Source of the DNA: Escherichia phage megetsur
Direction: 5' to 3' (one strand)
Sequence record: MN850608.1
Length of the DNA stretch: 42,132 nt
Program-made: the position numbers and the translations under genes
Shown: positions 1-7,976 of the stretch, piece by piece
Layout: every line of letters starts with the position of its first letter
Numbering within the stretch: position 1 is the stretch's first letter
Notes under the pieces: generated by a model
Databases searched by the model: none
What the model was told of the DNA's origin: nothing
What the model saw: only the letters and a program-made list of their open reading frames with translations

Positions 1-20
1 ACACTCGCGCTGAATCCTTC

Positions 21-380
21 GTGAATCAGCTCGGTCAGGGTGTCCGTGGCAAGGCGCTGGTAGACTGGTTCGTCAAGTTCGGCGGCCTGATTATCGGTGA
101 GAACGGCGGTAAACAGGGCTTCATCGGCTGGCAGGGCGCTGAGTATATCAAGGCGAACATCGACACGGCCAAAGCCACTATGTGGTGGAGCATGAAGCCT
201 GAGCAGGCGTTCGAAGGCTTCGACCTGCAAGATGCGCTCGAAAAGCTGATTGCCAAAGCTGAGAAGGCGCTGAACAAGGCCAATGAGCTGCGTCACGAAG
301 GCAAGGACGAAGACGCGAACAAGGTCGTAGTGCCTCAGAACGTGCTCGACCTGCTGCGCAAGGCTAAACAAGCTGCGTGA
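21..380 (+). CDS. hypothetical early protein, Lys/Ala-rich C-terminus; GTG at 21 but the frame is open to the window edge, so the 5' end may lie upstream
   Basis: ORF of 119 codons on the coding strand, followed by a 7-bp stem-loop at 388-410; no recognisable motif. Confidence 0.4.
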   Translation: MNQLGQGVRGKALVDWFVKFGGLIIGENGGKQGFIGWQGAEYIKANIDTAKATMWWSMKPEQAFEGFDLQDALEKLIAKAEKALNKANELRHEGKDEDANKVVVPQNVLDLLRKAKQAA

Positions 381-439
381 TTACTGACAGGCCATTCACT
401 GAGTGGCCTGAATTGTAACCACACAACTGGAGTGTAAAC

Positions 440-634
440 ATGCAAGAGTTCGACGCAATCCTCGTTACCTACAGCAGCATCACAAAAGGGCGCTGCCTTG
501 AAGGTAAGATTTACAATGACCGTGGCAGCCGCTTCTGTAACGGCACGCCTGTCACAACCTCACCTGTCGTATCGTTCGAGGGTGACGTGGCGATAACTGA
601 GAGTGGTACACGCTACCTCATTTGCGAGGCGTAG
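440..634 (+). CDS. hypothetical early protein (64 aa)
   Basis: ATG at 440 preceded by GGAG at 429-432 (7-nt spacer). Confidence 0.45.
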   Translation: MQEFDAILVTYSSITKGRCLEGKIYNDRGSRFCNGTPVTTSPVVSFEGDVAITESGTRYLICEA

Positions 635-675
635 GCCGGGATTGACTCAAGCCAGTGTCAAGGCGCTGGCTTTAT

Positions 676-712
676 GGCAATTCTGCCCCAACCATTTAGG
701 AGCTTCACCATG
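676..712 (+). promoter_or_regulatory. conserved GGCAAT-box translation-initiation region, copy 1
   Basis: GGCAATTCTGCC...AGGAG...ATG; one of four near-identical 37-nt boxes, each ending in the start codon of a paralogous small acidic gene and each preceded by a GC-rich hairpin (here 651-670). Confidence 0.5.
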
Positions 713-991
713 TCTACCAAAACTGTAACTGCTTTCATCACCAAACGTGACGGCGAACTGTATGGCTTCGCTGTATCTCTGAACGAGGGCCAGTACCTGC
801 ACCACGTCCGTGAAGACGGCGAGCCGACCGATAACGCAGGCATCCTTGAAACGCTGGCTGGTATCCCGCTGCCGCATGAGTTCATCATCATGCTCGCTGA
901 GCAGGACGAAGACGAGCTGAAAGCGCGTCACGGTAGCGGCCTGACGCTGGAAGAAATCGGCACCTTCGAAGCCGAGGTTGACGACGAGTAA
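710..991 (+). CDS. small acidic early protein, paralog family member 1 (93 aa)
   Basis: ATG 710 with AGGAG 7 nt upstream; strongly acidic, C-terminal TFEAEVDDE; the longer ORF-track start at 674 lacks an RBS. Confidence 0.6.
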   Translation: MSTKTVTAFITKRDGELYGFAVSLNEGQYLHHVREDGEPTDNAGILETLAGIPLPHEFIIMLAEQDEDELKARHGSGLTLEEIGTFEAEVDDE

Positions 992-1028
992 GCGTTGTCC
1001 TGCTGCGCCTTCAACGAGGGCGCAGCGT

Positions 1029-1065
1029 GGCAATAATGCCTTACTCAATCGAGGGTTTTACTATG
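1029..1065 (+). promoter_or_regulatory. conserved GGCAAT-box translation-initiation region, copy 2
   Basis: GGCAATAATGCCTTACTCAATCGAGGGTTTTACTATG; preceded by hairpin 1003-1025 (CTGCGCC / GGCGCAG). Confidence 0.5.
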
Positions 1066-1404
1066 ACTATCAAACTGGTTCTGCTGTCCAACATTGCTGC
1101 CTCTGCTTTCGGCGCAGGCGTTCCGGCTGACGCTATCACCAGCGAGTGGGTTGGCTTCACTCAGGACGACGAGCGTTACCTGATTGCAGGCCGCAACCGC
1201 GATGGCGATTCGCCTGACGAAATCGTGGCGCACTTCGATAACGACACCAGCTTCGCAGAGTTCCGCGAGTCTGGCTTCCCGCTGGAACTGTTCGCTCTCA
1301 TGGGCGGCCACTCCTACATCGACACCGAAACACTGGGTGAAGGCGTGGTTATCAACGTGCTCAAAGAGTACGACGCGGAAGACGATATCGACTTCGACGC
1401 GTGA
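1063..1404 (+). CDS. small acidic early protein, paralog family member 2 (113 aa)
   Basis: ATG 1063 with GAGGG 7 nt upstream; acidic, C-terminus AEDDIDFDA. Confidence 0.6.
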   Translation: MTIKLVLLSNIAASAFGAGVPADAITSEWVGFTQDDERYLIAGRNRDGDSPDEIVAHFDNDTSFAEFRESGFPLELFALMGGHSYIDTETLGEGVVINVLKEYDAEDDIDFDA

Positions 1405-1436
1405 TGCCTTGTTGCCTCCTTGCGAGGGGGCAATGC

Positions 1437-1472
1437 GGCAATCATGCCTTAACCTATCGAGGATTTATTATG
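1437..1472 (+). promoter_or_regulatory. conserved GGCAAT-box translation-initiation region, copy 3
   Basis: GGCAATCATGCCTTAACCTATCGAGGATTTATTATG; preceded by hairpin 1412-1433. Confidence 0.5.
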
Positions 1473-1745
1473 TCCACTATCAATGTGTTTGCACTGAACA
1501 ACGGCGGTCTGGCTTTCATCGTAGGCGAGACCAAAGATAACGCACCGTCGCTGGGCGTGCAGATGAAGCCGGACGCAAGCCACGATGAAGTAATCAGTGA
1601 AGTGCGCGAGGCGCTGGAAGACCTCGGCGGTATGCTGATTGCCATTCAGGGTGGTAAGCTGTCCGTCGAGAAGCTGAACGCACTGGAGCCGCGCTTCATC
1701 ACCAGCTTCGAAGCCGACAACGTAGACGCGGCTGACTTCGAGTAA
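1470..1745 (+). CDS. small acidic early protein, paralog family member 3 (91 aa)
   Basis: ATG 1470 with GAGG upstream; C-terminus SFEADNVDAADFE resembles member 1. Confidence 0.6.
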   Translation: MSTINVFALNNGGLAFIVGETKDNAPSLGVQMKPDASHDEVISEVREALEDLGGMLIAIQGGKLSVEKLNALEPRFITSFEADNVDAADFE

Positions 1746-1773
1746 CCCACAACCAACAACAGGAGTACAAAGC

Positions 1774-2004
1774 ATGGCTAAGTTTGAACTGGTACGCTTC
1801 ATCAACCCGAACGATGGCGAAGTAACCTTCGCACAATTCAACGCCGAGCGCACGGAGGTGGCTGTGTATACCAGCGAGCGCTACGCTCGTTCTCAACTGG
1901 GCAACGAAGAACACTTCGATGATATCGAAGAAGCGCTGGCTACTACGGGCTATGCTGCGGCTGTTCGGGCAGCACTGCAAGGCGAAGTCGTAGCGACTGC
2001 GTGA
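1774..2004 (+). CDS. hypothetical small acidic early protein (76 aa)
   Basis: ATG 1774 with AGGAG 8 nt upstream; no GGCAAT box. Confidence 0.55.
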   Translation: MAKFELVRFINPNDGEVTFAQFNAERTEVAVYTSERYARSQLGNEEHFDDIEEALATTGYAAAVRAALQGEVVATA

Positions 2005-2038
2005 TTTCTGTCAGCCCATCCATAGCGGTGGGCTGTAG

Positions 2039-2074
2039 GGCAATCATGCCACAACTAACTGAGGGTTTATCATG
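2039..2074 (+). promoter_or_regulatory. conserved GGCAAT-box translation-initiation region, copy 4
   Basis: GGCAATCATGCCACAACTAACTGAGGGTTTATCATG; preceded by hairpin 2012-2035 (CAGCCCA / TGGGCTG). Confidence 0.5.
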
Positions 2075-2356
2075 GCTAAAGTAACTGCTTACTACTCCGC
2101 TTCTGAAAAAGATATCGTTGCAATCGTGGGCGATGGCTTCGAAGAAGGCAACATGGCGCTGTGTATCTCCGGCTGCAAAGACGTACCGGAACTGAACACG
2201 GTTGAAGATGCGAAGGCTGCGCTGCCGTCGCTGGAATCTGACATCAGCCGCATGGGTGAGCTGGCGTTCCTGCTGAACGGCGGCACCTTGAATGAGGGCG
2301 CGGCTGTGAACATGCCTGCCAAGGGCTACGAAGCGATTGGTAGCTTCGAGGTCTAA
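2072..2356 (+). CDS. small acidic early protein, paralog family member 4 (94 aa)
   Basis: ATG 2072 with GAGGG upstream; acidic. Confidence 0.6.
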   Translation: MAKVTAYYSASEKDIVAIVGDGFEEGNMALCISGCKDVPELNTVEDAKAALPSLESDISRMGELAFLLNGGTLNEGAAVNMPAKGYEAIGSFEV

Positions 2357-2358
2357 GC

Positions 2359-2694
2359 ATGGCGCTGCATCCGGTCAAGGTATTCCGTGGGCCTGACATT
2401 ACGGATGGGCAAGACGTGGCGGTACTGCTGTACCGCCTGCCCGATGGTCAGGAAGGGCTGGTCGTTATCGACCAGATTGAAATCTTAGGTCAGCAGATGC
2501 TGACGAGCGAGGCGACCGACGAGCAAATCATCGACCGCTTCAAAGCGTACGCCGGACGCAGGCCATTCATCATTGACCTGCTGAACGAGCAACATCATAG
2601 CGCCGCGCCGCTGGCTGTCCAGACGTGGCTCAAGGTACTGACTCCCATCTATGAAGGGCAGATGTATCTCTTTGGTATTGACAACGAGGACTAA
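2359..2694 (+). CDS. hypothetical early protein (111 aa)
   Basis: ATG 2359 directly after the upstream stop, GAGG upstream. Confidence 0.55.
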   Translation: MALHPVKVFRGPDITDGQDVAVLLYRLPDGQEGLVVIDQIEILGQQMLTSEATDEQIIDRFKAYAGRRPFIIDLLNEQHHSAAPLAVQTWLKVLTPIYEGQMYLFGIDNED

Positions 2695-2698
2695 TTAT

Positions 2699-2944
2699 AT
2701 GGCACGTTCAATTCTGATTCGCATCATCGGTCACACTTCCCTGCCTGAGCATTTCTCTGGCGCAGTACGTGACACCACCATCGGCAAAGAGTACGACGCA
2801 GTGCTGGTTGAGGATGGTGAAGAACTTCCTGACGGCAGCTACACAACTGACGAGCAGGGTATCTTCTTCGTTGATGATGTGGGTGACGAGTGCTTCGCAT
2901 TCACTGCCGCACACGTTGGCCACACCATTGAAATCGTGGAGTAA
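2699..2944 (+). CDS. hypothetical acidic early protein (81 aa)
   Basis: ATG 2699 with GAGGA 8 nt upstream; the ORF-track start at 2651 overlaps the upstream gene and lacks an RBS. Confidence 0.5.
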   Translation: MARSILIRIIGHTSLPEHFSGAVRDTTIGKEYDAVLVEDGEELPDGSYTTDEQGIFFVDDVGDECFAFTAAHVGHTIEIVE

Positions 2945-2947
2945 CCC

Positions 2948-3178
2948 ATGGCTAAAGAAGTAACCGTTCGCTACACTGGCGTGCATACGTCAGCGCATAG
3001 CAAGTTCTGTGCCCGTGACTGTACCATCGGTGAGCTGTATGCAGCACGTCTTCCTGAGCTGGGTGAGGTTGACCCGGATGGTCTGGAAGTCTGCCTGCCC
3101 AACGAGCTGTGGGTAGATGACGATGCAGGCGACACCGTTGTAACCCAGCTTGGCGATGGCTTCGAGCTGGTCGAGTGA
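2948..3178 (+). CDS. hypothetical acidic early protein (76 aa)
   Basis: ATG 2948 with GGAG upstream. Confidence 0.5.
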   Translation: MAKEVTVRYTGVHTSAHSKFCARDCTIGELYAARLPELGEVDPDGLEVCLPNELWVDDDAGDTVVTQLGDGFELVE

Positions 3179-3234
3179 TAAGCTACAGCCTCTGCTTGCG
3201 GGGGCTGTGTCATTATCAAACGAGCGAGGTCACT

Positions 3235-3387
3235 ATGAGTGGGAGCACATACAATGCCCACGCCAACCAGATATCATACGCTGGTTACTGTGCGCTGGGC
3301 GGGGCGAGCAACCCTAACCTAATGAGCCGGGCGGTATACCTCGGCGGTCACTACATGCACCATGAATATTATTTAATCCGGGGGTAG
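3235..3387 (+). CDS. hypothetical small protein (50 aa), weak call
   Basis: ATG 3235 with GAGG 5 nt upstream; hairpin 3186-3207 upstream. Confidence 0.3.
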   Translation: MSGSTYNAHANQISYAGYCALGGASNPNLMSRAVYLGGHYMHHEYYLIRG

Positions 3388-3389
3388 TT

Positions 3390-3674
3390 ATGGTACTGGC
3401 ATCTGAATCAATCATCGAACAAGCTGGCGCAATTCGTGAAGCTGAGCATCTGCGTGGGGTAGCCGCAACGCTCGGTCACTGTGCTGGTAACGGCGGCCTG
3501 CGTGGGCACTCGGTCGGCGGCGTATTCCCCTGCGTAATCTTCTCGCGGGGCAACCCACATGAACACCTCGACTGGTGCTTCCTCGCACCGAACGGCGACG
3601 AGTTCGACGGCTTCATCAGTTATGAAGATGCGTATGCAGCCGCGCAACAATGGCTGGAAGAAAGAGAGGTGTGA
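3390..3674 (+). CDS. hypothetical early protein (94 aa)
   Basis: ATG 3390 with GGGGG upstream. Confidence 0.5.
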   Translation: MVLASESIIEQAGAIREAEHLRGVAATLGHCAGNGGLRGHSVGGVFPCVIFSRGNPHEHLDWCFLAPNGDEFDGFISYEDAYAAAQQWLEEREV

Positions 3675-3676
3675 CT

Positions 3677-3976
3677 ATGAGTAAGTGGAGTGAGAACGTA
3701 GCCAAGCTACAGCGCTGGTTGGTGGATGCCTTTGGCGCACCGCCAGCACCTGTGCATGACGACTCGCCGTTTCAATACGTCGAGAAGAAAACGCAGGAGC
3801 TTAAGCTGGGCGACTACGTGGTAGCATACGGCGGGTACATCCAGCGCATCGGTGCCGAGGAATATGACGGCAGCCGACTGGTTGTTACCAAACTGGGGCA
3901 TGGCCCTGAACGTGAGTGGCAGGCGTACGAGGACGACGAGTTCACCGTGCGCATTTTAAAAGGTGATAACAAATGA
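3677..3976 (+). CDS. hypothetical early protein (99 aa)
   Basis: ATG 3677 with GAGAGG upstream. Confidence 0.5.
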   Translation: MSKWSENVAKLQRWLVDAFGAPPAPVHDDSPFQYVEKKTQELKLGDYVVAYGGYIQRIGAEEYDGSRLVVTKLGHGPEREWQAYEDDEFTVRILKGDNK

Positions 3977-4485
3977 TTGACTTCAAAACATTTAACCCTC
4001 AGCAGTTGGCTGTGATTAAAATGCTGGCCGACCACATCGACAGCGAGCCGATGCTCAGTGAAATCATTGAGTACAAAGGCGGGTACATGCCGAAGCAAAG
4101 CTACATCGGCGCGGTGCGTGCTGGTAAAGAGGCGGCGCTGGATATTATTCCGGCCACTCGTACTGGTGCGCTGCTGGCTCGCAACGTCAGCGTCATCATC
4201 GGCATGAATATGCGGGTGGCGCAGGCTGCTGGCGACGAAGAAGCACAGGTCGAGCTGCGTCTGGCTGGCAAGCTGGCGGCGCAGGCCATGTCGAGCAAGG
4301 ATATTGCTGAGCAGTATCACGACTGGTACATGGCGTGCGCCAACGTGCCGAAGGATATCAGCGAGACTGCGCTGGGTCTGCTGTTCGTGGGTGAGTTCAT
4401 TGACGCAACGATTCGTACCCTCAAGGGTAACGTTGAAGAAATGATTCGTGCAATGCTGGAGTCGAAGAATGCAACGCGACACTAA
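3973..4485 (+). CDS. hypothetical early protein (170 aa)
   Basis: ATGA start/stop overlap with the upstream gene; protein-like composition, unlike the overlapping minus-strand ORF 3814-4509. Confidence 0.55.
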   Translation: MIDFKTFNPQQLAVIKMLADHIDSEPMLSEIIEYKGGYMPKQSYIGAVRAGKEAALDIIPATRTGALLARNVSVIIGMNMRVAQAAGDEEAQVELRLAGKLAAQAMSSKDIAEQYHDWYMACANVPKDISETALGLLFVGEFIDATIRTLKGNVEEMIRAMLESKNATRH

Positions 4486-4639
4486 GCTGGCCGTAATCAA
4501 ATCACCCACCGGATTATTCTGGTGGGTTGTTAATAAACTCCAGCCGAATAAACCTTTGGCTGTACGTGATACAAAGTGGGAGGCCGAGAGTAAACTCGAA
4601 GACCTGCAACGTATAGTGCGTAATGTTATTCCGGCGTAG
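4469..4639 (+). CDS. hypothetical small basic protein (56 aa)
   Basis: ATG 4469 with GGAG 7 nt upstream. Confidence 0.35.
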   Translation: MQRDTKLAVIKSPTGLFWWVVNKLQPNKPLAVRDTKWEAESKLEDLQRIVRNVIPA

Positions 4640-4675
4640 TCATCTACTCATGCCTGTTATTATTTAGCAGGCATT

Positions 4676-4696
4676 ATGAAGGTGTCTATATTGGCC
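4676..4696 (+). promoter_or_regulatory. copy A of a conserved ATGAArGTGTCTATA element; candidate phage-RNAP promoter at the early/middle boundary
   Basis: ATGAAGGTGTCTATATTGG shares 15 of 16 positions with the element at 18857; sits directly after hairpin 4650-4676 and before the first middle gene. Confidence 0.35.
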
Positions 4697-4711
4697 AACG
4701 TGAGGTGAACT

Positions 4712-4915
4712 ATGTTCAAAGTAATATTGTTGTTCCTGCTTCTGGTTATTATTTGGGGAGCATTGTGGGTAGGTCTTGCATCACTGGTGCTTATCCCTGC
4801 TGTCGGTGGGTCAGCCACTTCAACACTGGGCACGCTGCTCGGTATGCTGGTGGGCTGGGGTCTGATGCAGTTGAGCCTGAGTGTAGGCCAGAGCCGGAGG
4901 TGGATTAAATGGTGA
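4712..4915 (+). CDS. small hydrophobic membrane protein (67 aa), holin-like topology
   Basis: ATG 4712 with GAGGTG upstream; two hydrophobic segments and a basic C-terminus RRWIKW. Confidence 0.5.
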   Translation: MFKVILLFLLLVIIWGALWVGLASLVLIPAVGGSATSTLGTLLGMLVGWGLMQLSLSVGQSRRWIKW

Positions 4916-5349
4916 AGCCAAAGTATAAAGTCGGGGATGAAATCGTAGGCGACGATGGCACTGGCACCCGGTCGGGTAAGCTGGGTATCATCGCGTGGGT
5001 TAACCCTGACCGCCGAGCGTGGGAACGTAGCGGGGAGACTCGTTACATCGTGAGCTGGATTGGTGAGCGCCTCAATGCGCAGCCGGATATCAGCCACTAC
5101 AAATCTGATTGGCTGGAGGACAACACCAGTCTGGTCAGCACGCCAGCAGAGAAGCGTGGTCGGTTCATGTGCTTGGTCGAAGGCAGTAATGCGCCGCCGA
5201 AGGTTGAGCACATCACTGAGCGCGAGGCGCGTGACGAAGCTGAACGTTTGGCAGAGCGGAACGGAGGTACTGTCCGTGTGCTGCAAGTTGTAGCCAGCGT
5301 GAAGATGAAGAAGAAGATTCAGTACATACCGGACTGGGATAACGAATGA
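4909..5349 (+). CDS. hypothetical protein (146 aa)
   Basis: ATG 4909 with GGAGG upstream. Confidence 0.5.
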   Translation: MVKPKYKVGDEIVGDDGTGTRSGKLGIIAWVNPDRRAWERSGETRYIVSWIGERLNAQPDISHYKSDWLEDNTSLVSTPAEKRGRFMCLVEGSNAPPKVEHITEREARDEAERLAERNGGTVRVLQVVASVKMKKKIQYIPDWDNE

Positions 5350-6056
5350 TGAAATCAGTGAGCAACGACGAGTGGCCGGAGCTGGCGAAGCGTCTGCCTG
5401 TAGGACAAAAGCGAAGGACGTTTCACAGTTGCTCGCGGTCATTCAACAAGACCAACTTCGAGTACGGTCGTGCACCGGATTACATCTGGTGCAAGTGCCA
5501 CCGCTGCGGGTACAGCCGCAAGCATGACTTAACCCATGCTGTGTACGTGCCGCCAGCGGAGGTGCAAGTGAAGGTGCCAACGGATGTGGTGCCTATCACT
5601 GAGGTGATTGCCAAGCAGCCGCGCTTGCTGCTGCCAGTGCTGGAGCGGGAGAACCTGATGCCGCACCTGTCTATCCTGACTGCAAGCCCAACGTATGGCA
5701 GGCTGTATCTGCCGGACGACACGGGCAGCTACTGTGGTCTGGACTACACGGGCAGGCAGTTCATCCCGTGGCGCTCGCCGCACAAGCACAGCTTGGCAAT
5801 GAAGGTCAGCCCTCGCGGTAATGCTGAGACCAACTGCCTCTGGATTTATGGTGAGGTGGACGAGTATCTCCAGCAGGTACGCGACGGCGGCAACTGCGCG
5901 TTCGTTCCCAACGTGGACGACTCAACGTTGCAGGCGCTGGTCAGTGTGACGCTGGCGTATGGATACAACCTCGTGGTTATCTGCCACCACCCAAGTGCTC
6001 AGCGCATACGCCGGGAGCTGCGTGTCGTTGGGCGTGTGCAAATCGTAGGAGAGTGA
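5346..6056 (+). CDS. putative DNA primase-like zinc-binding protein
   Basis: Cys/His cluster (HSCSRSF...CKCHRCG) and position immediately upstream of the helicase, as in phiKMV-like genomes; no TOPRIM motif verified. Confidence 0.35.
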   Translation: MMKSVSNDEWPELAKRLPVGQKRRTFHSCSRSFNKTNFEYGRAPDYIWCKCHRCGYSRKHDLTHAVYVPPAEVQVKVPTDVVPITEVIAKQPRLLLPVLERENLMPHLSILTASPTYGRLYLPDDTGSYCGLDYTGRQFIPWRSPHKHSLAMKVSPRGNAETNCLWIYGEVDEYLQQVRDGGNCAFVPNVDDSTLQALVSVTLAYGYNLVVICHHPSAQRIRRELRVVGRVQIVGE

Positions 6057-6057
6057 T

Positions 6058-7323
6058 GTGCTTGACAAGCTGTTGTTAACGGTGATGCGCGAGCGCGGGA
6101 AGTATAACTCCCTGCGACACGCCATCCCGGAAGATACCATGAGCCAGACCACGGGCTATATGCTGCGTGCTTACGGCTCATACTTTGACGCGTTCCCGGA
6201 CAGTGACTTCATTGACATTGAGACACTGGGTACGCACGTTCGTTTAAAGACAGGCAGCACGCCTGAACAGATGGCGGCCTTTGATTCCCTGTGTGCTCAG
6301 CTCAAAGAGTATCAGCCCACGAAGGAACAGAAGGAAGGCATCCTTGACCAGCTCGTAGAGTTGGACACCGCTGGCCGTGCGAACCTGCTGATGCAGAGGT
6401 ACGACAATGGTGAAGAACTGGATATTATCTATGAGCTTGGCCGTCTGGCTGAGGGCGCACGCCGCAGTCGGGGCCAATCATCAGTTACCGATTACGTCGA
6501 TGACGATGTGGTTGACATTATTAATCGCACTGATGATGACCAAGGTTTTAAGTTCGGTCTCATGTGTCTGCAAGATAGCGTACGCGTACTGCTTCCCGGC
6601 GACTCCGTTGCAATCGCTGCCCGACCTGACAGTGGGAAGACCAGCTTCATCGCGTTTAACCTTACGCGAATGGCGGCGACAGCGGCGAAGCTGTATCCGG
6701 GCAGACCAATCCTGTGGTTCAACAACGAAGGGCAGGGCATCAACATCATCCCGCGCATCTATCAGGCGGCGCTCAACTGTACGCTCCCGGAACTGAAAGA
6801 GCTGGGTGAGGACAGGAGCAAGCTGCACGCTGCGTATGCCAAGGCACTGGGTGCGCCAGCCAATGTGATTCGTGTGAAGGATATGCACGGCGCGACGCTG
6901 GCAAAAGCTGAGCAGGTTATCGAAGCGATGAACCCGTGCATCGTGGTGTGGGATATGCTTGCCAACTTCAAGCTGTCTGTGTCTGACCCGTCGAGCAACA
7001 AGGCGAGTCAGGTTGAGCAGCTATGGCAGGAGGTACGTGAGCTGGCAGTGCGACACAACTTCGTGTCACTGGCTACGGTTCAGGTATCAGCCGATGGTGC
7101 CGACGATATGTTCCCGGCGCTTGACGCATTGAAGGATTCCAAGACTGGTATCCAAGGGGCGACTGATGTTATCGTGATGCTCGGCAGCGTGGATGACCCA
7201 TCGCTGGCGGCGCGGCGCGGTGTCAGTACGCCGAAGAACAAACGCCAGATTGCTGGGCGTCCAAGCAACGTGCGGTCACAGGTACACTTCTTTGCTGACC
7301 GCTGCCAATATGAGGATATGTAA
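6058..7323 (+). CDS. replicative DNA helicase (DnaB / T7 gp4 helicase-domain family)
   Basis: Walker A AARPDSGKTSF; 421 aa; GTG start with AGGAGAG upstream. Confidence 0.8.
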   Translation: MLDKLLLTVMRERGKYNSLRHAIPEDTMSQTTGYMLRAYGSYFDAFPDSDFIDIETLGTHVRLKTGSTPEQMAAFDSLCAQLKEYQPTKEQKEGILDQLVELDTAGRANLLMQRYDNGEELDIIYELGRLAEGARRSRGQSSVTDYVDDDVVDIINRTDDDQGFKFGLMCLQDSVRVLLPGDSVAIAARPDSGKTSFIAFNLTRMAATAAKLYPGRPILWFNNEGQGINIIPRIYQAALNCTLPELKELGEDRSKLHAAYAKALGAPANVIRVKDMHGATLAKAEQVIEAMNPCIVVWDMLANFKLSVSDPSSNKASQVEQLWQEVRELAVRHNFVSLATVQVSADGADDMFPALDALKDSKTGIQGATDVIVMLGSVDDPSLAARRGVSTPKNKRQIAGRPSNVRSQVHFFADRCQYEDM

Positions 7324-7664
7324 TGAGCAGACTGAAAGTAGGCGACCGCGTAGTAAACGTAGATAAGGGCAGTGTGCATTATGGTGCGACTGGCACCATC
7401 GTAGATGTGAGCGACCGCTACATCAGCATCGACCGTGATGATGGTGCGCGAGGTTCCGGTGTCGGCGGCTCATGGACTGCGCGGCCCAAGTCTTGGCAGC
7501 TCGCAGAGGTAGCTGAGCCAGTACAACCTGTCGAGGACTGGAGCTATGCAGAAGCTGAACGACTGTATCAGGCAGCGTGTGATGCCATGTCGGTATACAA
7601 TCAGTACGTCGAGCGCAAGCCTACGACCAACTACCTTCCCGGTTCCACGCCGAGTAAGTGGTGA
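7323..7664 (+). CDS. hypothetical protein (113 aa)
   Basis: ATGA overlap with the helicase stop. Confidence 0.5.
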   Translation: MSRLKVGDRVVNVDKGSVHYGATGTIVDVSDRYISIDRDDGARGSGVGGSWTARPKSWQLAEVAEPVQPVEDWSYAEAERLYQAACDAMSVYNQYVERKPTTNYLPGSTPSKW

Positions 7665-7828
7665 AGGGGCGCAGCTATCGCCGTTGCTCTTGCGGCGGCA
7701 GCCTGCTGACTGAGCAGGTAAAGGGCAAGGCCACTGGCAAAGTGCTGGTGATTTATGAATGTGAAAAGTGTGGAGTAAAGCAGTATGGAAGAACGCACGT
7801 ATCGAGCGGCACCCTTAAACCAACGTGA
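7661..7828 (+). CDS. candidate small zinc-ribbon protein (55 aa), not in the ORF track
   Basis: GTG start overlapping the upstream stop (GTGA); translation VKGRSYRRCSCGGSLL...YECEKCGVKQYGRTH carries CxC...CxxC. Confidence 0.3.
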   Translation: MKGRSYRRCSCGGSLLTEQVKGKATGKVLVIYECEKCGVKQYGRTHVSSGTLKPT

Positions 7829-7976
7829 GCAGGCTACCATCCGGGCGCAGTACCGGAAGGGTGATGCGTTCCGTGGTGCTGAGGCGCTGGCTGAGCGATT
7901 CAATGTGCCGCCTGCTGATGTGGTGGCAGTAGTGAACTTCACTTATCGTAAGGGGAAACAGAAGCATGACAAGTAA
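7785..7976 (+). CDS. hypothetical small basic protein (63 aa)
   Basis: ATG 7785 with GGAG 9 nt upstream. Confidence 0.35.
   Translation: MEERTYRAAPLNQREQATIRAQYRKGDAFRGAEALAERFNVPPADVVAVVNFTYRKGKQKHDK

Noticed and set aside
3814-4509. Minus-strand ORF of 231 codons overlapping the early region
   Set aside because: It fully overlaps + strand genes with RBSs; the translation is Arg/Leu/Ser-rich, typical of antisense frames in GC-rich DNA; every convincing gene in the window is on the + strand.
4660-5442. Minus-strand ORF of 260 codons
   Set aside because: Antisense to RBS-supported + strand genes; low-complexity translation with no motif.
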